From positions 6,324,001 through 6,388,000 of the forward strand of contig JBHGNT010000006.1 in assembly GCA_043228905.1 (NCBI GenBank): a DNA stretch of 64,000 nt. The letters run 5' to 3'. Position numbers and translations under genes: made by a program. The number at the start of each line of letters is the position of its first letter. Positions within the stretch are counted from its first letter, which is position 1. The stretch comes from Azolla caroliniana (lineage: Eukaryota; Plantae; Polypodiophyta). This document shows, piece by piece, positions 58,462 to 64,000 of this stretch. The notes under the pieces are model-generated. The model saw only the letters and a list, made by a program, of their open reading frames with translations. It had not been told where the DNA came from and did not search any database.

Positions 58462-61400
58462 TAGAGATATTTGCTGGAGTGTAAATTTGTACCTCAATTT
58501 TGTTGGAACAGTATAAATGATTTCATGAGGCAGTAAGGACTGTAAGACCTGATATGAGTTGGAACATCTTGAAAATTATTAATGAAAATACCTTAGGTTG
58601 TACAGATCTTTAATAATACAAATCATGTCTGAGGTCATTTCAACATCAGACTTTCTATATCTTTAAATGGCCTCTCAAAATTTGATCTGTTCCCACAAAC
58701 TCTTGTTTAAAAAACTTAGTATACTATATGATATGTGATATGCTACAACTATGTGCTTTTGGTGGAGATAAGGGTGCACTGAGGTTCGGGTCATATTTTA
58801 TTAATGCTTCTGCCAATTTGTGGTGCTGTGTATATTGTACATTTTATCAATTGGCCTAGCTGGCAATGTACAAAAGCCATCGTATAGGGTATGCATTGCC
58901 ACTTCAATATCTAGTTATAAAGTTCATGGAGCATTTAAATATGCCATGTTATATCAAAGATCATATTATTTTAGGTCTCATATGCTACCTTGACATTAAA
59001 TCTCTTCAGCATTACGTGCACACACAAAAACAAATATGTCTTTTCCATTGATTATAGGTAGATTTCTTGTTCTCCCTTATTATTTAGTCTCATATGCCAC
59101 TTTGGCCATTTTCACACGTTAATATATCATGTCATTCTCTCAATCAATAATACTTTCATGAAAAATAGTGAAAATGGAAAGAAAATCTATATCACTAGTA
59201 AAAGAGTGTTAGTGAGGGATCTAATGATTCATTCATAGTAATGTAGTACTATGTGAACCTTGTTTGACCCTTCTGAAGTTGGTATTGCAAGATTGTGATC
59301 GTGAAAACTCAGCTTTGGCTTCTTTAGAAGCTTTCTACAATGAATCACAATTAATAATGGATGCAAGTAGAGTTCTCTTGAAAGGTAATGCTTCTGATTT
59401 TGATTCCCTATAGTTACTCAAGATTATGTTTGCATACTTGCTAAGATCAATTTATGTTATAAGACATTTGCATTATGCATCCTGGGGATTTTGTCTAGGG
59501 TGAGTGGTCTGAACAATGGAGAATTAGTGAGTGAATGTGTTATTGTGCAGAGATGTATGATAAAGAAAGTCCAATACAAAGAATAATTGTTAAGTTCTAT
59601 CAAACATATTATCTCCTATGTTGCAATTTTGGGTTATGACAAAGACCCCTTGAAGATGAAGGATGAGGCAAACATTATAATAGGATAGACAGGTAATATT
59701 TGTTAACCTCAAACCCTAAAGCTTGGTTATTGTATTTACCTTAAAGATGTAATCCTTTAAGAGAACTATTGAAAGCTTGATTGTGTTGATGATTTCTTGT
59801 CTCTTTGCTTTTGTATTGAGTAGGTGGAAATGTGGTTAAGCGATAATTAAGTCAAGTGAATGTGAACAGCTTGTGGACTAATATTAGAGCTTGCGTAGTT
59901 AGTTTTTACATTAGTAGCTTGAGACTCTCACTCACCTAAATGGTCCTCTAGATGAATATAACCCTGCATCGTGACCTCAAGATGGTGCTTTGAAGAACAC
60001 CCAAGTTAAAAGTTGTTTTCGGTGCAAACACTAGAAAATGTTACAATAACCATTCACAAGGAGAAATGAGAAAAAGAAAAGAAAGTGAGTAGCCATATTG
60101 TTTGGAATCTTGTGATGATTATACAACCCATTTAAGCAACTTGATTTGGATGATGAATACATTTAAACACGCATTGAAATCAAGATATTTACAAGTAAGG
60201 TTTGCATATGTTTGTTGGTGTGGTAGTCTATGCTTCGTATTAATGACAATAATGTCACCTCAACTAAAGATCAAGAAAATTCAATGAAGGCTTGTCAAAT
60301 GAAGCATGCTTATCCTTTTACGGGAAGTGCTCACAATGAAGATACATGCACTACGCATGTGGACTGATGAGTACTATCATACCCCACAAAGAAACATATG
60401 CAGAATGAAAATTTCCATAATATTCACTTCAACCTAGCACGTTGGCAAATTTCACCCATGTCTTTACACCTCTATGTACTCTAATAGATTTAAATAGAAT
60501 CTATTAAAATGGACGCAGTCTACCTTGGTTTAAATAGAATCCATAAAAACATACATGGTCTATTTTGCTTAATGAAGACGCTATTGATGAATGGCCTAAT
60601 GCTTTTTTTCATGTTATAATATATTCAACATATTTATTCTCTCAAAAGTTATTAAAATTAGTAAATTATAGCATGAGTGGAATTCTGGGTTTGTACCGGT
60701 CTTCTTCATGGTGCATTAGAACTTATACTTGAATTTTGAATGATTAATGATTATCTTTCCTATTTGATTTAAAACTTTGTGGAATATGGGTCCAACGAAC
60801 CTAGGCAAATGCTTCCACAAAGCCTAGAGGTTGCAATTAACAATCCACGACATATATAATCACATTTGGCCCCACTCCATCAACGGGGCACAATAATTGA
60901 TCTTGCAAAATTCCACCTCGATGCAAATACGTTATTTTGCATCCTTTTAAATGAGTTAAAACTCATTAGTAGCCAACATTGTGGTGCTTATTGTTCTTGT
61001 CCGAATGTTTAAAGTGCAATAAATGCCCATTCAATCCACATATATTAGATTTGAATCTAGCCATATTTACCCTTTGGTATATGGTAATGGGTAAGTATAC
61101 CAACGCTATTGTATGATCTATACTTAACACAAAATTGACTCAAAAATGGAAAAAGATGGAGGAAAAAATTGAAATATAATAGGGTCAAGATTAATTAATT
61201 CAATGCAAAATGGATGAAGAACCTTCAAAGCCATATATTTGTTTCTTAAAATCGGCTTTACAAGGACAAGATTCTTGTGATAGATAATGGTCATTTTATT
61301 CCATTCACCATGGGAACAAATAAGAGTATTCTAAATTTGTGTCAAAGAGAAACTTGGCATAAAATAGAGGATTGATCGATGATTAGGTACATTCCGCATT

Positions 61401-63120
61401 CCTAGGGACACAAAATCGTTTACAAGATTGGACCGTGGTTATTGGCTCCAAATCTTTAACAATGCATCAAATTATATCTAACAAGGTATATTGGTGGCCT
61501 CTTCTTGTCCCATAGATAAAATAATACAATAATCAAACCACTCTTGTCAGAAAAAGAGTTAATCAAGAATTTGGCACGTTGCATTGCCATTAAAGGAGAG
61601 ATTGCTATTGTGGCGTTGCTTACTCTTGTGAAGAAATATTGCTTGACAAAATGCAAAAGATATGGACTTGGTTCCATTGAGCACTTCTTATTGTATGGCT
61701 ACAAAAAGTAGAGCATTTCTTGAAAGGGTAAGGAAAGACCTCTCTAGTATTTCCCAATATTTCATTTTGAAAATAACTTTTGAATATTTGGTCTTGTTCC
61801 TAGATTTGCGTCACAGTGCATCTACTTTCTCGTTTGGGTAAGATTTGGGGGAATTATTATAGACTATATGGATGTCACATGTGTCATGACCATGTGTTCT
61901 GTAATCAACCTATTGTAAATTCTACTCTTTTCATGTGGTCTCTATCCCTTGACAAATTTGTTAAATATCCCATGAGTGCTTTGAAGCACAACATTGTACA
62001 TCAACCATTTCTTGTGAGTTTTTTTTACCTCACCTTGAAAATTTCCCACAAGTAGTAATGCATTATTGGGAAAAAAACAAATCAAATAGAATTTCGAACA
62101 TAGAATGGTGTTCATTAATTGATACTGGTTTCATACTAGTGAATTAACTTGTAATAAGGAGATAGCAAAGGAACCATTTTGGAAAGAAAAAAAAAACTTG
62201 TAATAAGGAGAATTTGTGTGTAAGTTTGCAATGCATTAATGGTTGGAGCTCCTAAAACATTACACAATGTGCTCAGTATTTCAATTCCACATGGCTGAAA
62301 TTATATTTTCGTTGTTTCCCATTGTGAAAACTCTGAATGTCCAACTCTAGGCTTACAATCAATTTAATATCACCATCTTTTATAAGTACGAATCTGTAAA
62401 TAGAGTTATGGGGCAACTATTCAGTAGCTCCAACTAAAATTTATGAAGGGTTTTCATGATAAAGAATGTGAAACCCACTAAACATCGAGGTCAATGCGGC
62501 ATATATCTATGAAGTTAAGCAATTTGACACTAGGATCAATAATTGATTGGGGAGGGGAGTGTACCTAAATGATAAAGAAAGGCGATGCTTTCATGTTGTG
62601 CTTCGGCATCTCATATCGTGGTTATCTTGCAAATAAAGTTAGGTATTTATTCCAGCCTTTTTGAAGAAGGTGGTGGGGAACCATGATTTGTGATGATAAT
62701 CGAAAGAAACTCAAAAGTTCCCATCGCAATATGATTTGTTGACAAGTCTCAAGTTGCAACATATCACGATGGCAAGCAAGGGCCGAGACATATGTATGTA
62801 CACATATATACATATGTATACGTATATATGTGTGTATACGTATACGTATACGTATACGTATATAGAGTAGAACAGCGTGTGGTAGTGGTTAGAAGTTAGC
62901 ATGAAGACCACTTCATAGGCTAGCAGAGGCGGAAGAGACAGAACAGAGACTGTGTGTGCCCCCTGCAGTCTCTAAATAGTGACAGCAGGAACAGATAATA
63001 GCAGGGCAGAGGAAAACAGAGGAGGGGTGAAGGCTCCTGAGGATAGCTCCTCGATTTCATATTTTGTGCACAAGAGCTCTTCATCACCGCCATCACCATC
63101 GCCACCGCCATCGAAGCATT

Positions 63121-63772
63121 ATGCTCAACAAGCTCAGCGCCAAGATAGGTCGCCACAGAAGTCACGACCCCGATCAGGTTACAGAGCCGAGAGAAAGATT
63201 GATTTCCTCACATTCTATCTCAAATTCCTAAGCTGTTTCAGATTCTTCCATTTGTTTCTTTCTCTCGCGTGAATTTGGTTTAATCTGCAAAGAGAGAGAG
63301 AGAGAGAGAGAGAGGCACACACATTCACTCACAGAGATTGAGGTTTCTACACCGTCTCAGATTTGCCTTTCTTAGATATTGTTTTAATTTGCAGGATCCA
63401 TTAAGGGCTGGATTATCAGCATACTCTTTCGATCATCGCCGTTTCTCCTCAGAGAGTCCTAGATCTAATATAGCGGATGAATCAGTCCATGTGGATTCAT
63501 ACAGTGTCGGCCAAGCCTCATCCTCAGAGCATTGGGCTTCTTCATCTAGAGACTCGACATCCATCCCTGAAGAAGAAGAAGCCCTGCTTGACATTGGCAA
63601 CCCTGCCTTGCTCACTTATGAAGATGCAGAAGAACAGTTCTTAGATGAATTTGAGGACTATTTCGAGCACCTCCATGTAGATAATATTCGCAAGGAACAG
63701 TACCCAAAGCTTGACATGCAGAGGATAGCCTACTTAGACTATGCAAATTTCGCTCTTTTTTCCAAGTTTCAG
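63121..63772 (+). CDS. 5' exons of a PLP-dependent transferase / molybdenum cofactor sulfurase-like gene (continues beyond the window)
   Basis: Putative exons 63121-63177 and 63395-63772 (GT-AG, in frame). Motif IRKEQYPKL...YLDYANFALFS. The start exon is less certain. Confidence 0.7.
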
Positions 63773-64000
63773 GTAGGGTTGTGCGTTTTTATTGTTCATG
63801 TTATGTGAGGTCAGAGTTCAACTTTGTAGGCTTCTTAAGACTATGCAAAATCTGCTTTTTTATTTTTGCAATGTGTTGCTTATGGGAGCATGTGTGTGAT
63901 ATTTTCACAATGTTCTTTTATGAGAGAGTTCAACTCATAATATTTTATAGACCGGAATGTTGCGGAACATTAATCCAGTCAATCAAACAAGTGATTATTT

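Noticed and set aside
60350-60415. Hammerhead ribozyme (CTGATGAG...GAAAC)
   Set aside because: Stem II is incomplete, and there is no valid NUH site or stem I partner.
60400-61700. Degraded DNA-transposon (Harbinger-like) coding remnant
   Set aside because: Only vague peptide resemblance with many stops, and no TIRs or diagnostic motif that I can support.

Overview
Eukaryotic land-plant genomic DNA, probably a fern or other seed-free plant (inferred from the Tcn1-like chromoviruses and the style of the PLS-type PPR gene). Bases 1-29 kb and 35.8-38.8 kb are almost entirely nested LTR retrotransposons. An old Copia remnant (20205-20708) hosts a decayed Ty3 chromovirus (3542-20204). That host carries a very young sister chromovirus (4691-10621, LTRs identical by eye, TSD AGAAG), the 3' end of a non-chromovirus Ty3 element (1-3541), and a solo LTR (12591-18886). 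The solo LTR in turn holds an RT-less Copia (13168-18598) with two further LTR insertions. A separate tRNA-Trp-primed Ty3 element lies at 21897-28909 and a second RT-less Copia at 35784-38840. Host genes: DOMON/cytochrome b561 (31650-33029, -), calnexin (41891-44249, +), PLS-E PPR protein (46191-48779, -), membrane-anchored TPR protein (49977-50594, +), RNA polymerase III subunit RPC34 (54057-58461, +) and the start of a PLP-dependent Moco-sulfurase-like gene (63121 onward, +). The most interesting signal is the chromovirus LTR architecture, seen in two diverged copies: an outward-facing tRNA-like A/B-box module, heat-shock-element arrays, a TATA box, and an 11-12 nt transcript 5' end complementary to a non-tRNA PBS (Tf1-style self-priming with co-variation), plus a G_UUA_AAC/pseudoknot gag-pol frameshift signal. 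All alignments and counts were made by eye and no searches were run.
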